From Pristiophorus japonicus (taxonomy: Eukaryota): DNA of 64,000 nucleotides. Positions 39,667-54,354 of this stretch are shown piece after piece. A program made the translations under genes and the position numbers. Location of the stretch: contig NC_091996.1 of assembly GCF_044704955.1 (NCBI RefSeq), positions 83,266,001 through 83,330,000 of the forward strand. The letters run 5' to 3'. The notes beneath the pieces were generated by a model. The model was not told where the DNA came from. It was given only the letters and a program-made list of their open reading frames with translations, and ran no database searches. Positions within the stretch are counted from its first letter, which is position 1; every line of letters starts with the position of its first letter.

Positions 39667-40232
39667 CATAGAAACATAGAAACATAGAAAATAGGTGCAG
39701 GAGTAGGCCATTCGGCACTTCGAGCCTGCACAAACATTCAAGATGATCATGGCTGATCATGCAACTTCACTACCCCACTCCTGCTTTCTCTCCATACCCC
39801 TTGATCCCTTCAGCCATAAGGGCCACATCTAACTCCCTTTTGAATATATCAAACGAACTGGCCTCAATAACTTTCTGTGGTAGAGAATTCCGCAGATTCA
39901 CAATTCTCTGAGTGAAGAAGTTTCTCCTCATCTTGGTCCTAAATGGCTTACCCCTTACCCTTCGACTGTGACCCCTGGTTCTGGACTTCCCCAACATCGG
40001 GAACATTCTGCCTGCATCTAACCTGTCCAATCCCGTCAGAATTTTATATGTTTCTATGAGATCCCCTCTCAATCTTCTAAATTACAGTGAATATAAGCCT
40101 AGTCGATCGAACCTTTCTTCATATGCCAGTCCTGCCTTCCCGGGAATCAGTCTGGGAAGCTTCGCTGCACTCCCTCAATAGCAAAAATGTCCTTCCTCAG
40201 ATTAGGAGACCACAACTGTACACAATAGTCAA
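39667..40232 (-). mobile_element. 5'-truncated CR1, copy 2
   Basis: Same insertion as 10713-11278. Confidence 0.93.
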
Positions 40233-41171
40233 TATTTAATATTCACTATATGTAAGATAGCAGCTGACTACTGTCTGAATTTATGTTCATGCAATGTTTC
40301 TGTGTAAGTAATGTTCCTTCTAAATTCTTCCACACGGGGTCCCTTTAAATTTGCTGTGGGGCCGGGCACTATGCAGCCGCAAACGCGCAGCATCCCTTGC
40401 AGCAGCAGCAGCTGGAGAGTGGGCTGCGTGGGGCCATACGATTGTTGCAGGGCAAGGCAGCCACATGCCTTAGGGGAATACTGATGGGTGGCCCACAGCA
40501 GTTCACCAAAACATGTTTGGTGGCCCTCCAGCCCAAATAACTGCTCACCCCTGAGTTCGCAGATGGAATGAAATGGAAAGAAATTGTGAGGGAGAGGAAG
40601 ACACAGAGAGACAGGCGAAGAGAGGAGTAATGGGAGAGCAAGAGAGCTACAGAGAAATGTGAAATATCGGAATTGAGTGCGATTGCAAAACTGTATTAGT
40701 GACAATGAGATAGTGGAGAGGACGTGAGAGTAAAATGGGAGAGACTGTGAAAAGGGAACTTTGAGAGAGGAGGTATGAGTGGTAAGGAGATAGAATGGAA
40801 GACTGATTACCAGATTTCAATTAAAAAAACAAGTCACATTAATCGGCTAAGATTGGAAGTTTGCTGACTTTCTTATGATGCAAATTACAATAATATCTTA
40901 TGTTCTATTTAGATCTTTTAGCTCCTGTTCCCAACGGTAACCACCATCTGTTTTTTAAGAAATGGCTCATTGTCTTATGACTTTGAAATTGGAAAGCCAG
41001 GTGGTGCCTTGTTTGTTCAGCAAACTGTAACTAATAACTCTAGTTGTGCAATCTAGAAGCATCATTCGGGAGTCCATATTTATAAATGAACCAATATTTT
41101 CCGTTGATTTTTCATTACTACAGTCGGAGTGATCACCTCCAACACCAGTAGGTATCCTCTTCACACAGAAG

Positions 41172-41241
41172 ATGCATTCTTCATCGCTTTATTGGGTCCG
41201 GGTCATATATTACCCCATTCTCGCGGCAATTGGAGTACCTG
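41172..41241 (+). CDS. GPR139-like GPCR, copy 2, exon 1
   Basis: Coding sequence and GTAAGT donor identical to 12218-12287. Confidence 0.88.
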
Positions 41242-42064
41242 GTAAGTGACTTTTAGAAGGTAATGTGTCTGCCGCGCCATTTAACATATTGTGTTGTGAT
41301 TTACACACTGTGCCTGGTAAATATAGTAGATAGTTCTTCAAGCCTTTGTCATTCACTCAGTTAGGAAACTTGGCTGATTGGTAAAACTAAATGGTAACGG
41401 GAGCCAACTTTTTTACTGTTTAATTTTAACCACAATTTGCTGCTTTCTACTCACTACATGCAAGTTGAACTTGTCGGCTCTGCCTACTCTCTTTTAACCT
41501 TGATGTTCTCTTCTCTCCTCCTCCACTTATTCTTGGTGTCATTGTCCCTGCTGTTCGTTTTATCCTTGATGTTATCTTTCATCCTGCTCCTGTAATCCTT
41601 GGTGTGGCCTCTCCTGTTCCTTCCATATTTGGTGCTCTCTACAATCCTGCTCTTTTTATCATTGTTGTTGTCTTCTCTCCTGTCCCTTTACTTCTTGGTG
41701 TTTTCTTCTGTCGTGTTTCATTTTATCATTTGTTCTCTTCTCTCCTTGTGCCTATTATCCTCCCCCTCCTACCATTTGTTCTTGGTGCTGCGATTTCTCC
41801 TGGTTTATCATATCCTCAGCGTTGGCTTATTTTATGGAGCACCCTAGATTCGAAGTGCCTGTGGAAACTCAACGTGAAATCTCACAGATAAAGAATCTTG
41901 TGACGGACGAAGCATCTTTGACCTCTGATATCGTGTCACAATCCAAAGGAGAGGGGAGCACAGGGCGAGGAGAATTATTCAATATCGCATCTACATGAAG
42001 CCAGTTGATGCTGCACTCTTGACTCCGTTTAAAGATGTGATTGTTTTTGTTCCTGTACACACAG

Positions 42065-42984
42065 TGAACTTGGTGGCGATTGTGATCCTGAACCGGGGAA
42101 AGTGCGGCCTCTCCAAATGCATCACTCGCTACCTGGTGGCCATGGCGACAGCGGATCTGATGGTGATTGTCTGTGATGTGATATTATGTTGGATCACTGA
42201 CCTGTATTGGTGGAACACTTTCCTGTACTACACTCCCGTGTGCAGATTCATTCACTTCCTGGCTCGGACTGCCATAGACAGTTCTGTTTGGTTAACGGTC
42301 GCTTTTACCTTTGATCGGTTTGTAGCCATTTGTTGTCAGAAGCTGAAAACCAAATATTGCACCGAGAGAACCGCGGCTGTGGTTATAGTGACCGTTAGTG
42401 CGCTGTTCTGTTTAAAGAACATTCCCTGGCCTTTCGTGTATACTCCTTATATTACAGCTAATAACATACCGCGGGGTTGCCGTGCAAAAGTACAGTTTTA
42501 TATTGCACCCACATGGAGAGCTTTTTCTTGGTTTGAACAGCTGTTAACCCCATTGCTTCCCTTCTGTGTGATTTTACTTTTGAACGCTCTCACCGTCAGA
42601 CTCATTTTAGTGGCCAGTCGGGCCCGAAGGAGCCTCCGGGATGGCAGCAATGGTAAGAAAGACCAGGACCCCGAGATGAGGAACCGCAGAAGGTCCATTG
42701 TTTTACTATTTGCTCTATCCGGCAGTTTCATTCTGCTCTGGATGTCAACCGTTGTATATTTCTTCTTATATCGAATTACAAGCGCTTTTCGTCACAGGTT
42801 GTTGTTTAGCCCTTTTCAAAAGTTTGAACACGCGGGAATTATGCTTCAGCTCCTGAGTTCCTGCACAAACACGGCCATTTACACAGTGACCCAGAGTAAG
42901 TTCAGGGAGGAGATGATCAATGTGCTCAAATATCCCTTTACACTATTTCATAAATCAGTTGAATTATGCAAGTGGCAGGACTGA
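42065..42984 (+). CDS. GPR139-like GPCR, copy 2, exon 2 (intact, 329 aa spliced)
   Basis: Open 7TM frame; 10 amino-acid differences from copy 1. Confidence 0.93.
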
Positions 42985-43502
42985 CTTCCCCAACATCGCA
43001 TTTCTACTTCATATCACAATGATCATGGACATTTGCGAAAGGGAATGAGCAATTGAAGAACACAGGCATCATGAAAATTCATGTATTTTCATTCTTCGGG
43101 ATAGATAATAACTTATTGGTCACACATAACACTGGTATTGTGCATCCACTACCCATTATCAAAATGGCAGAAGTTCTATTTTGTTTTTAATCAATGAGAG
43201 TCATAATTGGACAAGTTCAATAAGGGTGGCGGATCAACAACACCAGTTTTACACACGGGCATCAAGCCTAAAATCTAAAGCAGTGCCGGAGAAGATAAAC
43301 TTGGCCGGTATTCAATCCAAGCGACAGTGACACCGGATCCCGTGTTACACTTTTCCCAATTTTGTTTTTCACTTACGTCAGTGGGGATCATTTTATCTTT
43401 ACACAAAAGCGATATTCGATAAGCCACCATTAAATACTGGGCCCGAGAATGCCAAAAGATAAAATAGCACAGAATGTTCTCCGTCACACCTTTTTTTAAT
43501 TT

Positions 43503-43841
43503 CCCTCTGCTGGTTTCTCTGCATCACTGTACTCAGTAACTCCACACTCTCTCCCTCTGCTGGTGTCACTCTCTGTTTCACTGTACTCAGTAACTCTACT
43601 CTCTATCTCCCTCTACTGATGTCTCGCTCTGCATCACTCTACTCTCTATTTCCCTCTGCTGGTTTCTCTGCCTCACTGTACTCAGTGACTCTGCTCTCTA
43701 TCTCCCTCTGCTGGTGTCTCTCTCTGCATCACTGTACTCGGTAATTCTGCTTTCTATCTCCTTCTGCTGGTGTCTCTCACTGCATCACTGTACTCAATAA
43801 CTCTGCTCTCTATCTCCCTCTGCTAGTTTTTCTGCATCACA
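43503..43841. repeat. Minisatellite, copy 2 (~95 bp longer)
   Basis: Same unit as 14548-14791, with extra units. Confidence 0.85.
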
Positions 43842-43939
43842 GGAGCAGGCACAAAGGGCCAAGTGGCCTTCTCCAGCTACTATGTCTTATGTTCCATGTT
43901 CTTATGTTATTTTATAATTTCGTCAGACATATCTCAATC

Positions 43940-44430
43940 TATCTCACCCTGATGCTGTCTCTCTATCTTGCTCACCATAAACAGTGAGCCACTGTGGATC
44001 TGGCTGATTTGAGCCTCCATCTTGTCACTAGTCCCATATCAATGCGTGATGCTGAACAGGGGCAAAGTGTCAATGGGGAAAAATCAGGAGTCCTGATGGT
44101 GCCCGTGCAGAATGGGGAAGAATCTCAAGTTGAATATGTGGTGATTGCATTTGTTCATAGACCAAGGGTATTGGAGAATGATGGAGTGAGCCTTCAGGTA
44201 GAATCTCACAGAGTGGTCAATGAGAACTAGAGGTCACGGTTAAAGACCATATTGTTGATGACGTTGACACCATAGGCCTGGGTGCAGCCCTCACGGCGGG
44301 AACCAGACTGAAGTGATATCATTGGATAGTTGTGAGACTGGTTGCTACATATTGATTAAGGATTTTAGAGAGAAACACAAGGTTAAATGTGGGAACATTG
44401 AAGCTAGTGTTGAGGGGAGGTGGAACGATG
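43940..44430 (-). mobile_element. Degenerate L2-like RT fragment, copy 2
   Basis: Collinear with 14890-15400. Confidence 0.55.
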
Positions 44431-47400
44431 TTTGAGCAAAATAACACTGTATACTAACGGCCTATACAATATTTGACTATTGGAGATATTGCAATAGTCG
44501 CACAATTTCACACGCGACACCCTACTGGTGGTGCACCTTAAACATATTGTTTTGTGGAAGAAACATACAAGCGCAATGCACAGAAAATCCATTGTTGTTC
44601 ACGGGCAACAGGCGTGATGCTCCGGATTTATTTCACTGCCCGCTCAGCTAGCTCGTCAATGGTTTGCAATGACATAGGGCAATGCACATGTTCTATGGCT
44701 CATACATGTTTCTTCTCAGGTAGATGGGTGATGCATCAAAATTGATGAAGGTCCTTATGAATGGGCAGTGAGAAATCCATATTAGTCCCTCTCAAATGTT
44801 GGATGTGTGAGCACAATCTCTCCTTTAATGAGCAGCATCAGAGGCATTGTCACTCACAAAGGAATCTGTCACTTTTTAACACGAATTTACTGATTAGCCA
44901 TCAGCAATTGTTTCCCTGGCTAGAGCTCATCGAAAACACGATATTTTAAAAGTTGAAACATGCTATAATTGTCACCGTATTATTTTGTGTACATATTGTA
45001 TTTCGCCCCTGTTCTCTCTCTCTTTACAGATTTGACAAAACAATACATGTTATTTCCAGGTTTCCATCTACAAAGTTCAAACTTTTAACAGAGCTCGAGA
45101 AGAGTGATCAGGTGGAAATGTGCCTGCCCAGCGCTAGATTGAAGGACATTCTGTAACTACAGTGTATGGTCAAGGGCTTTGCAATTTCGTTCAATGGGCC
45201 AAAATATTTCCCCAAGTAACTTAGAATGTGGCTCAAATTTGAATTGTTCAGAATTGGTTCTATTGCTGTTTGTTTCCTCTTGAAAAACTCAATTGCACAA
45301 AAATAAAATACAAATGATGATTTTGGGTATTCATTTTTATTTTTGATCGCTGAGGGAGGAAAATTGAATCTAACGAGAGGGTAGTGGCGATGTGGCACTC
45401 TCAACCCTAAAAGGTTAACACAGCGCAATTAGAAATATCAAAACTGAGATTGATATCCTTTCTTCTGTAAGAGTATTTAAGCGATGTGGAACCACGGCGG
45501 CTAGGTGGGGTTAGGATACAGATCAGCCATAATTTAAGTTAAAGTTTCAAAATGCTCGCGATGCTGAATGTCTTACTCCTGTTCCTATCATCCTAAAAGG
45601 ACATAAAAGTGGTACTTCAGCGGCCTGGCAGAAATACAGAGAGCAACAAAGGAACACAAATAAAATATTAAGAGCTGCAAAAAGGAATCACAAAAAGTAA
45701 TCTTCCAATGAATATAAAGGCAAACAGTACAAAAATTTAAATCTGTATTAAGAGTAACAGAGTGGCGAAGGGAGATATGGACCCATTGAGGACAGACACA
45801 TACACTCCTCGAAAAAAAACAGAATAATGGCAGAATCAATAAACACATAGTTTGCATCTGGTTTCACAGAAGAGGGAATACTATTACTAAAATGGAAACT
45901 ATTAATAAATCAACTGGAGGAACTCATTAAATTCAATTTAAGTAACACAATGGGAATGGGGAATACATTTATGCCCATCCGCAGTTGCCATTGACAGAAA
46001 GAGAGAGATTGAAAGACTGAGAGACAGGAATAGAGAGAGAGAAAAACATGGATATTAAGAGCGAGGTACAGAGCAAGAGAGGTTGTGGCAGAGGACAGAG
46101 AGAGAGAAAGAAACAGAGAGAGTGAGAGTGCCAGAGCGAGAAAGATAAATGTGACCATTGAGATAATAAGAATGAGTGAGAGACACGCATAGAGAGAAAG
46201 TGACCGAAAGAAAGGGAGAACAAGAAAGGAAGAGCGAGAGAGATGGGGACACAGAGAGATTGAGAGAGAGGGAGTGAGAGAGACAAATTGAGAGATGGAG
46301 AGAGATAGCAAAATAAACTGGGGAAGCGATAGACAGAAAAAAGACTGGGACAAAGAGAGAGAACACAAAAGAGACGGAGAGTTAGATAGATCTGAATATG
46401 AGAGAGGAAGAGACAAGTGAAGAGGGAGTCACATGTCAGAGGCATGGAAATAGAGAAAGCGACATTTAAAGAGTGATAAGGATAGAGAGAGAGATTGGGG
46501 CAGAGAAAGAGAGAGAAGAGGCAGACAGAAAGACACAGATAGGGAAAGGGAGTGTGTGTGTGATAGAGATACAGGGACATAGAGAGAAGCAGAAACTCGG
46601 ATAGAGAGTGAGAGAGAGAGAGAGAGAAATATAGATGTAAAAGAAAAGGTGGGAGGAATGGTTCGGGAGAAAAGGACTAAGAGAGGCACGGGGACGAGCG
46701 AGAGGAAAATAGGCACAACGTTCCCCATATGGACCCGCCCAACTCCCTTCCCTCACATAAGCTCCATTCTCCCCTTTTAGTACCATCTCCCATCTCCACC
46801 CCTCCCATTCCTCGTCTTATTTCCTCCACTCGTACTTGCCCCACTCCCACACCAGGACCCAGCTCTCCTGCCACAAGGCCCCGTCCGTTTCTCCTTGACC
46901 TGGACCACCCATTGTACATGCCGCTATCCCATACACAGATCCGCAACTCCCCCTCTCCCCACACAGCTCCCCCTCTCCCCCACACAACGCCCCCTCTCCC
47001 TGGCACAACGCCCCCTCTCCCTCACCCAGAGCCATAGGCAGATCCGCCTCTTCCCCTCTCCCCCACACAGAGAGCAACTCTCAAGGAGTAATAAAGGGCC
47101 AGAGAGATAGAGGCAGAGGGAAACAGAGGTAAAGTTCGAGATAAGCAAAGAGACTGATAGATGGAGAGCTAGAATGTGAGCAACAGAGAAATAAATAAGA
47201 ATAGAGATAGGAATTGAGAAGTAAATAATAGTGAGAAGAAAGAGATGGAAAATAACAATGAAAGTGAATTGAAATGGAGAGTAATAGAGAGAAGGACGAA
47301 AATCTATGTTGAGATAGTAAGAAACCTATGAGGAAGAAATAGAAAGGCAGAGAGCTATATAGATGGATGATTCACAGAAAGATGCAAATATAGAAATGGA

Positions 47401-49465
47401 GAGAGAGTCGCAGAGAGCGGGTTAGAGATGGAGATATAATAGGTAAAGAGAGTGACTGAGAGAGAAAGAGAGAGATGGTGTGATAGTAACAAAGAGTGAA
47501 GGGTGAAATGGGGAAGGGCCTGAATTACACGTATGGCAATATAGAGATGGAGAGCAAGTAACGGAGACAGGCAGAGATAGCGATGGAGGGAGTAACACAG
47601 AGAGAGATGTAGAGATTAGCAGGGAGTGACAGAGAGAGGATGGGAGGGATAGAGATGGAGCGAGAATAACAAGAAGCTTAAAGAAACATCAGAAAGTATG
47701 TGAAAAATACAACAGATACACCAGCTAAAACAAAACACAGATTCAGTGTCTAAAACAAGTCTGGCATTGTCGCATACTTCCTACATTTCCGAATTGGAAA
47801 TGTTCCCTTCTTATTCTAGCACTCGCTGGGTCTGCCTTTCCTCCTCCCGGATGTGCTGCTTTCTTCTCCTGTCCCTGTCACACACACACAGGTCCGGAGT
47901 GTTACTATGACAGAACCCAAGGGAAATAAAGAATTGAAGGAAATACACAACAGAGATGGTGATCAAGATAGGAAAATATGGAGAGAGGTAGAGATACAAA
48001 GAGATAAACAGAAAGATCGCCGAGCTACCATCCAATTACCGCTCATTTAACTGCTATTGAGTTTCATGCCCATATTTGATTACAAATGCAAATTAACGCC
48101 CAATTATCACCAATTTATGGCCATCATAACTTTCAGCATACAGTTAACGCCAAGAATTAGCTGAAACGCCAGCCCAGATTGTTTTTAAATTTTGACATCA
48201 TAAGTCGTGCACCACCCAGAATGTTCATAATGGAAACTAACGCCCAAATTCCGCCCAGAATGTCGACCCAGCGTTCCTTTCTGCATTTCGCCCATATACC
48301 CCACAAATGATTGCACGCCCAAAAAGACACTCAAAAAAAGCTGCACTCACCTGACATTAACCAAGCGGTGTGGACACCATTTTGTAATTCGGAGGACTTT
48401 TAATAAAAGGTTGCTTCAAGTCCACGGGAGCTTTGAAGCAATGTGAGAGAGAAAGCTACAAGAAGGGAGACAGAGAGTGACTGAGACTTTGCACTCGTTG
48501 GGCTGGGGTTTGCGTCTCACAGACTCTCATCACAAGGCTGAACAGTGCCCCACGCAAAGGAGGGAGATATTCCTCTCAGTAACAAGTCTCAGACGGTGAC
48601 TGGATCAGGAACATTTCATTACAACAGATCCCTTTCACGAGGAGCAGGAGAAAAATAATTGCCTTAAAAGCTGCGAGCATTCGTGGTTGGGAGGGGGAAT
48701 CAAGGAAGAACGGAGACAGGGAGGTGGAGTGCGAGACATTTGCCTTTGCCCTTAGATCAGGGTCAAGAGCTAAAAAGAACCAATAACAGAATGAATAAAG
48801 TGAAATAAATGCCACTTATGCTGCTTATATTCCAGAACCAATGCTGATTGCATAAAGATAGCTCCATTCACCGGAACCACACGATAAATCCACACAGCAC
48901 CTGTTCCATTGATTTTACAAAGGGAGGCCCAATTTCTGAATGAGTCAGCCTTTTTATCTCCCAGATGAGCTAGTGATTTGTCCCTGTTCCCCCCACCCCC
49001 CACTCCCCGCCACGCACACACACACACATACGCCTGGAGGTTATTATGACAGTGGAATGGGAACACGATGTTATCTGAGTCCTGTTAATGTTGAGACCAA
49101 TAGCTTTAACCGCTGCTCAAAAATCAGGTTCTCCATAACAGGAGAGGGCTGGCCTGTGGCTACTGGAGGGTCGGCTGTGCAATGTTTGTGTCGCTGTGCT
49201 AATGTGCAGGGAATGTTTGGGGTGTAAATTGCCCTTCAGGGGCAGTAACCAGCTAAGGCCGGGACTTCCTTCCCCTGGCACAGAAGTCCAGCACCGCCAC
49301 TGAACTGGGCTTGCCGGCCTTCAAAGAAAGTGCAGCACAATCTCATTTGCTCCACTTCTTTTGGAGGTGGTTCCTGGGGCGATACTGGGACAGTGAGGCA
49401 AGTGCTATGGTGATGCTCCACATAGGGCTGATGCACTTCATGGCCCCTCTCCTTCGCTTAAAGGG

Positions 49466-52400
49466 TGTAAGAATAAAAGTGTTTAGTAATGATAAACGTT
49501 ATGTATATAAACGTTAAAAGTGTCGACTATATGTAAAGACAAGTTTGAAGAAACAAAATGGATAACTCCCCAAGGTCATGTCTCGTGGCTGGGCAGAGCC
49601 CAAGTTCATGTCAGCTTTGAAACTCAGCAAACTAGACAAGATATTCATTCGAAAGCCTTTAACCAAATCACGGAATGACACCGGCCCTCCAGACAGACAC
49701 ATGTCTGAGGAGATGCCAATCATGAACGGCCCTGGAACCAAGATCCAATCCTGAGGCTTTTTAAGAAACTATGGCCTGAAGAGTTATAAAAACTCAAGCC
49801 AAAGATGGCTCTCTCTCATCTCTTTAGCACATGGCAAAGCAGAAACCTTCCTCTACAGAAAAAGGAGCAGGCCATGTGCTTTGCCAGAGGGACGTAAAGT
49901 ACTCCTTTTTATACCTTTTTTATTGTAACATCATTGTATCTGTTGTTACTAAGTGGGTCCGTAGGATAGCTGAGGACTGTTGTTTCTCTGTTGATATGCA
50001 TGTGTGTATGTTTAATAAACTATTCCACATTGTTTTAAAATAATCAGTTTTGCTGTCAATTTAATGGCAGAAATTTAGAAATCTTACAAAATTGGGGGCT
50101 CGTCCGGGATCTGGCGAGACAGCTTTTGATCATTCTTTTCAACAATTGGAAGTCTCGGGTGTTGCGATTCTAATCTGTATTGCGAAGTGTAACCTATAAA
50201 CTTTTAAATGGATCAGGAGAAGTTGTATCTTACGGAGCAGTCTTCGCAATAGTTGAAACTATTTAAGTGGGAACGCAACAGTAGTTACATTCAAAAGACA
50301 CAGGATGAAGGGATCAGTCATGTACAGAAAGCCATCAAAAGATATACATACAGGCAGTCAATGAGGAAAAAGTATACGATACGGTATCTATGAAGGACAT
50401 ACAAAGGTTAAAGGCATAGGGAGCGCACATCTCTAAGGGCCAACATGCGTCCTTTGGGGAGCTCATGGCATTTATCCAGGAAAAAATAAATCAAGGAGAG
50501 CTAAGGCTAAAATGCGTAAATCGTCTCTTGGCATTTGCGCACATGACTGCACTCGGAGAGATGAGAAATGAATGAGGCAAGATGCAAAAGAGCATCAAAA
50601 TTTAAGGAAAGAGATACAATATTTAAAATACCAAAGCACAAAAAAGTTACAAGATTTAAAAGAATCGCAGGTAAAAGAGGTTCCACTAAACGAAAAAGAG
50701 ATTCAAAATATAAAAGAGCAAAAAGAAGAAATCCTTCAACTTAGGCAATTAAAGGAGGGAGAAATACAACATTTGAGGCAAGGAATTGATTGATTAAACC
50801 ACAGTATTAGGCAATTAGAAAGAGGGGCTGAACAGGCAGCTTCATTACTACAGCATAAAGACTTTCAAATTTAAATGCCACAGCAGCCGACGCTGAAGCG
50901 AATGAAAACAAATTAGAGATACAAAAAATATAAATTGGAAAAATTGGGGCTCCGGCAAGAGGTAGAACATGCTAGGGGTCAATACGGGAAGTAATTAAGA
51001 AGCCACATGGGGAGGCAGACCACACCTGCTGCCAATTAGAAACATCAGGGCTACAATGTTAGGTTGGGGAGCAGCAGGCCCTGGTATCTGCAGTAACACG
51101 GGGAGAGATAACAGAGACAACAGAAGGGGACAAGGGGAGACATATTGGGAAGAGAAAGGCAGTCAGTATAATCCCCAGGATGGTGGTGAAGGATGGGATA
51201 CCTTCGAGACACATGCACCAACCATAGGATTAGTAACCTCTTATTCACCACGTATTGTCCATGGTAACCATACGACTCACAGCCCATATCTGCTGCTGAC
51301 GCTATGGCGGGTAGGCACGAGTTGGGGCCCATTAATGATGGGGACAACCCATTAGGGGTGAACAAGAGCTGGGCAAATTTCAGCAGAATTCAGCCCGAGT
51401 TAGAAGAGAGAGACTTAACACAAGTCCTTCTCTTGGCCTAATCCATTTCCCTAAAAGATAATCTGCCAGACGCAGTCCTGAAGCCTGGCACAGCAGCCGA
51501 TGAAGTCATGACTGAGATCCTAAACCATTTAACGATTCAAAATGTAAACTTAGTTGCTCTGCTTTATCAGACTAAAACAGCACCCAGAAGAGACCCCTAG
51601 AGCTTTCAGTAATCACATGTACGATATCTATAAACGTACCCAGAACCAATCACCCGCAAATGCTACAGTAGGAAAGAATCAGGAACAATTTAAATCGATG
51701 TTCCTGACCCAACTCCACTCGAACCTGGACAGAAGCATGAGGTCCACCAATCAGTGGACAGATATAGAGACCAGCACTCAAATAGCCTAGGAAGTGGTAA
51801 ACGACCAGTTAAAGGTGAAGTCACCACTCACCGCCAATTAACCAGTGTCAATGGTGCAGGGATCTTTAAGGGGCAGTGTTTTAATTGTAAAAAGGTAGAC
51901 CACCTAGCAAAAGACTGCAGCAGACCCAGACAGGAACCGGACCATGGTGCAAGGCATAGATACCGAATCCAAGCGCTCTGGGATGGATCAACCACTGTAT
52001 CAGTTGATAACCCTCATACAAACACAAACTGCCACGGGGGCGGGGGAGGGAGGATGCCGATGCACACTCATTAAAGAGAACTCTTCAAGGATCCACCCAA
52101 TGATGAGGTCCGGCCGCAAAAAATTGGTCGGAAGTGGGGTTCCGACGTGATAGTAGTGGGAGACCAGTAGTCCTTGTTGTCTTACAAGGGGGCCAGCAGC
52201 AGATTATACTTTTCAATATTGGCTCAGCCATTACCATAATCCACACCCCATACTCTGAATGCTATGCAGTGGTGGGCAAGTGTTGTATGATCCTTTAAGG
52301 CTTTAATGGTGGTAAAACACCAAGTATAAATGGAAGGCCACTGAACTTCAGTTGGGAGGCCTCACCTGTAAGGTCCCAGCACCGATGCTGATTACCACCC

Positions 52401-53362
52401 CCGACGGAAAGGGAATTGTAGGGACTGATGTGTTGGATCAGTATGGCGTGGTGATAGATTACAATCGGGACTGTGTTTGGATGGGATTAAGAGATAATGC
52501 GAGAGGGATAGAAACTTCAGATGCTCACTCGGTTTTTGCTATTAAAAAGCCATCTGAGTATGACCCTCTGGGAGCAAAAATGAAGCTGTGGCAAAACTAA
52601 TTTAGGAACACCTAGCGGTGTTTGCCACATGCAAGCATGACTGTGGAAAAATGGGAGGCAAGGAATCTATTGAGGGACCCCCGCCACTCATTCACTAAAC
52701 AGTACCCCATCCCAAGGGACAGTCACCCTTACATCCGAGACACCATAAAATCCCGAGTCGTGCTGGGTGTTCTTAGGACAGGTACTTTCACGACCAATTC
52801 ACCTGCATGGCCAGTTAAAAAGCCTGATAGCAGCTGGTGACTGAATGTTGATTACAGAAAGTTAAACTCTGTAACACCAGCCTGTTCACCGGTAGTAAGA
52901 GAAACTCCTACCATATTAGCTCAAATTCTTCTTGGTTCCAAATACTTCTGACCCTTGACATCGCCAATGTATTCTTGAGCATCCCTGCTAAAGGGGAAGA
53001 CCAGTACAAGTTCGCGTTTACATATATGACCAGAGCTACACCTGGACAGGGATTCCACAAAGCCCCACGATATTCCACAAAAAGACTGCTGCAATTTTAA
53101 AATACTTTTCCCGCCCTACCTGCTTGCTGCAGTACATAGATGACCAACTGCTGGCAACTGACAGCATGGAGGAATATCTATCTCTTTTGCACAAAATTTT
53201 GACATTGTTGGCTCAGGCGGAACTAAAGGTGAATCCCCATGAGGCTCAATTAGTAAAAGAACGGGTCAGCTTCCTAGGAGTGGCCATTTCTCCAGAAGAA
53301 TCATCCCCCGACTCTCACAAGGTGGAGATGATACAGCAACTGCCATTACCCACTTCCAAAAC
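49466..53362 (+). mobile_element. ERV-B, copy 2 (LTR 49466-50088, PBS-Pro 50093-50110, gag/pro/RT pseudogenes)
   Basis: Same structure and same truncation junction as copy 1. Confidence 0.92.
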
Positions 53363-53581
53363 AGTCTGTGATGGCATAAAGCAGGACGGCATGGATATTA
53401 CACACTCTAAGGTACCGCACAAAATAAAATTCTTCCCGGTAAACAACAGGAATCTGCCTCAGAATCAGATCGAAGATAATGACCAGGAGATCTGCAGCTG
53501 CCATGGCCACCAGGTAATGAGTGACACATGTGGAGAGACCGCACTTCCCCTAAGACAGGATCGCAATTGTCACTGCGTTAA
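53362..53581 (-). pseudogene. GPR139-like pseudogene fragment A (exon 2, TM1-TM3; internal TAG)
   Basis: cag|TTAAC; VNAVTIAILS*GKCGLSTCVTHYLVAMAAADLLV..YAITDC. Confidence 0.85.
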
Positions 53582-53999
53582 CTGTATCAGGAGAAAAATA
53601 GGGAAATTGTACAACAGATAGGAGGCACAGACATTCGTTTGTTGTGTTTTCAGTGAAATAACGGAGTAGGTTATATCACAGGGTCATTTCCAATCTAATT
53701 ACAATATCTAGTTTAAAGTATTAACTTGGTAAAGTATTAGGAAGTTCAACTTTCCTAATTCTCATTTACAACACTAACCTAGCTTAGAATCGCTCGGTAG
53801 CAGAGTACGGACAGAGCTGACCGCGTCCTGGAGGATATGGCTCCCAGAATGGTCCTGCGGCAACTGGAGAGGGAACCAACACGAGGGGGGAAAACGACTT
53901 GACCCCCACCTCACCAATGTACCTCTTGCATCTGACCATCACAGTATTGGTAGGAGCGACTGTGCATTCCTCATGGAGATAGAATCCCATTATCCCACG

Positions 54000-54354
54000 A
54001 ATATACAGCTCAGCACAGTTACTGTTCCTAGAACCACAGCTGCCGTTTCCTCGGTGCAATATTCCGATTTCAGCTTCAGGAAACAAATGGCTACAAATCA
54101 CTCAAAGGTGAACGTGATGTTGAACCAGACAGAACAGTCTGGGGCAACACAAAGCAGGATGGCGTGGATATTATAGTTGCTAAGGTCCCTCAAAAACAAA
54201 AATTGTTCCAGACAAACTATAGAATTCTGCCTCAGTATCAAATCGACGATAACGACCAGTGGATCCGCCGCTGCCATGACCACCAGGTAGCGAGTGACGC
54301 ATTTGGAGAGACTGCACTTTTCCCGAGACAGGATCACAATCGGCAGCACGTTAA
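54000..54354 (-). pseudogene. GPR139-like pseudogene fragment B (exon 2, TM1-TM4; stop in the DRF motif)
   Basis: VNVLPIVILSREKC..DCSVWFNITFTFE*FVAICFLKLKSEYCTEETAAVV. Confidence 0.88.
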
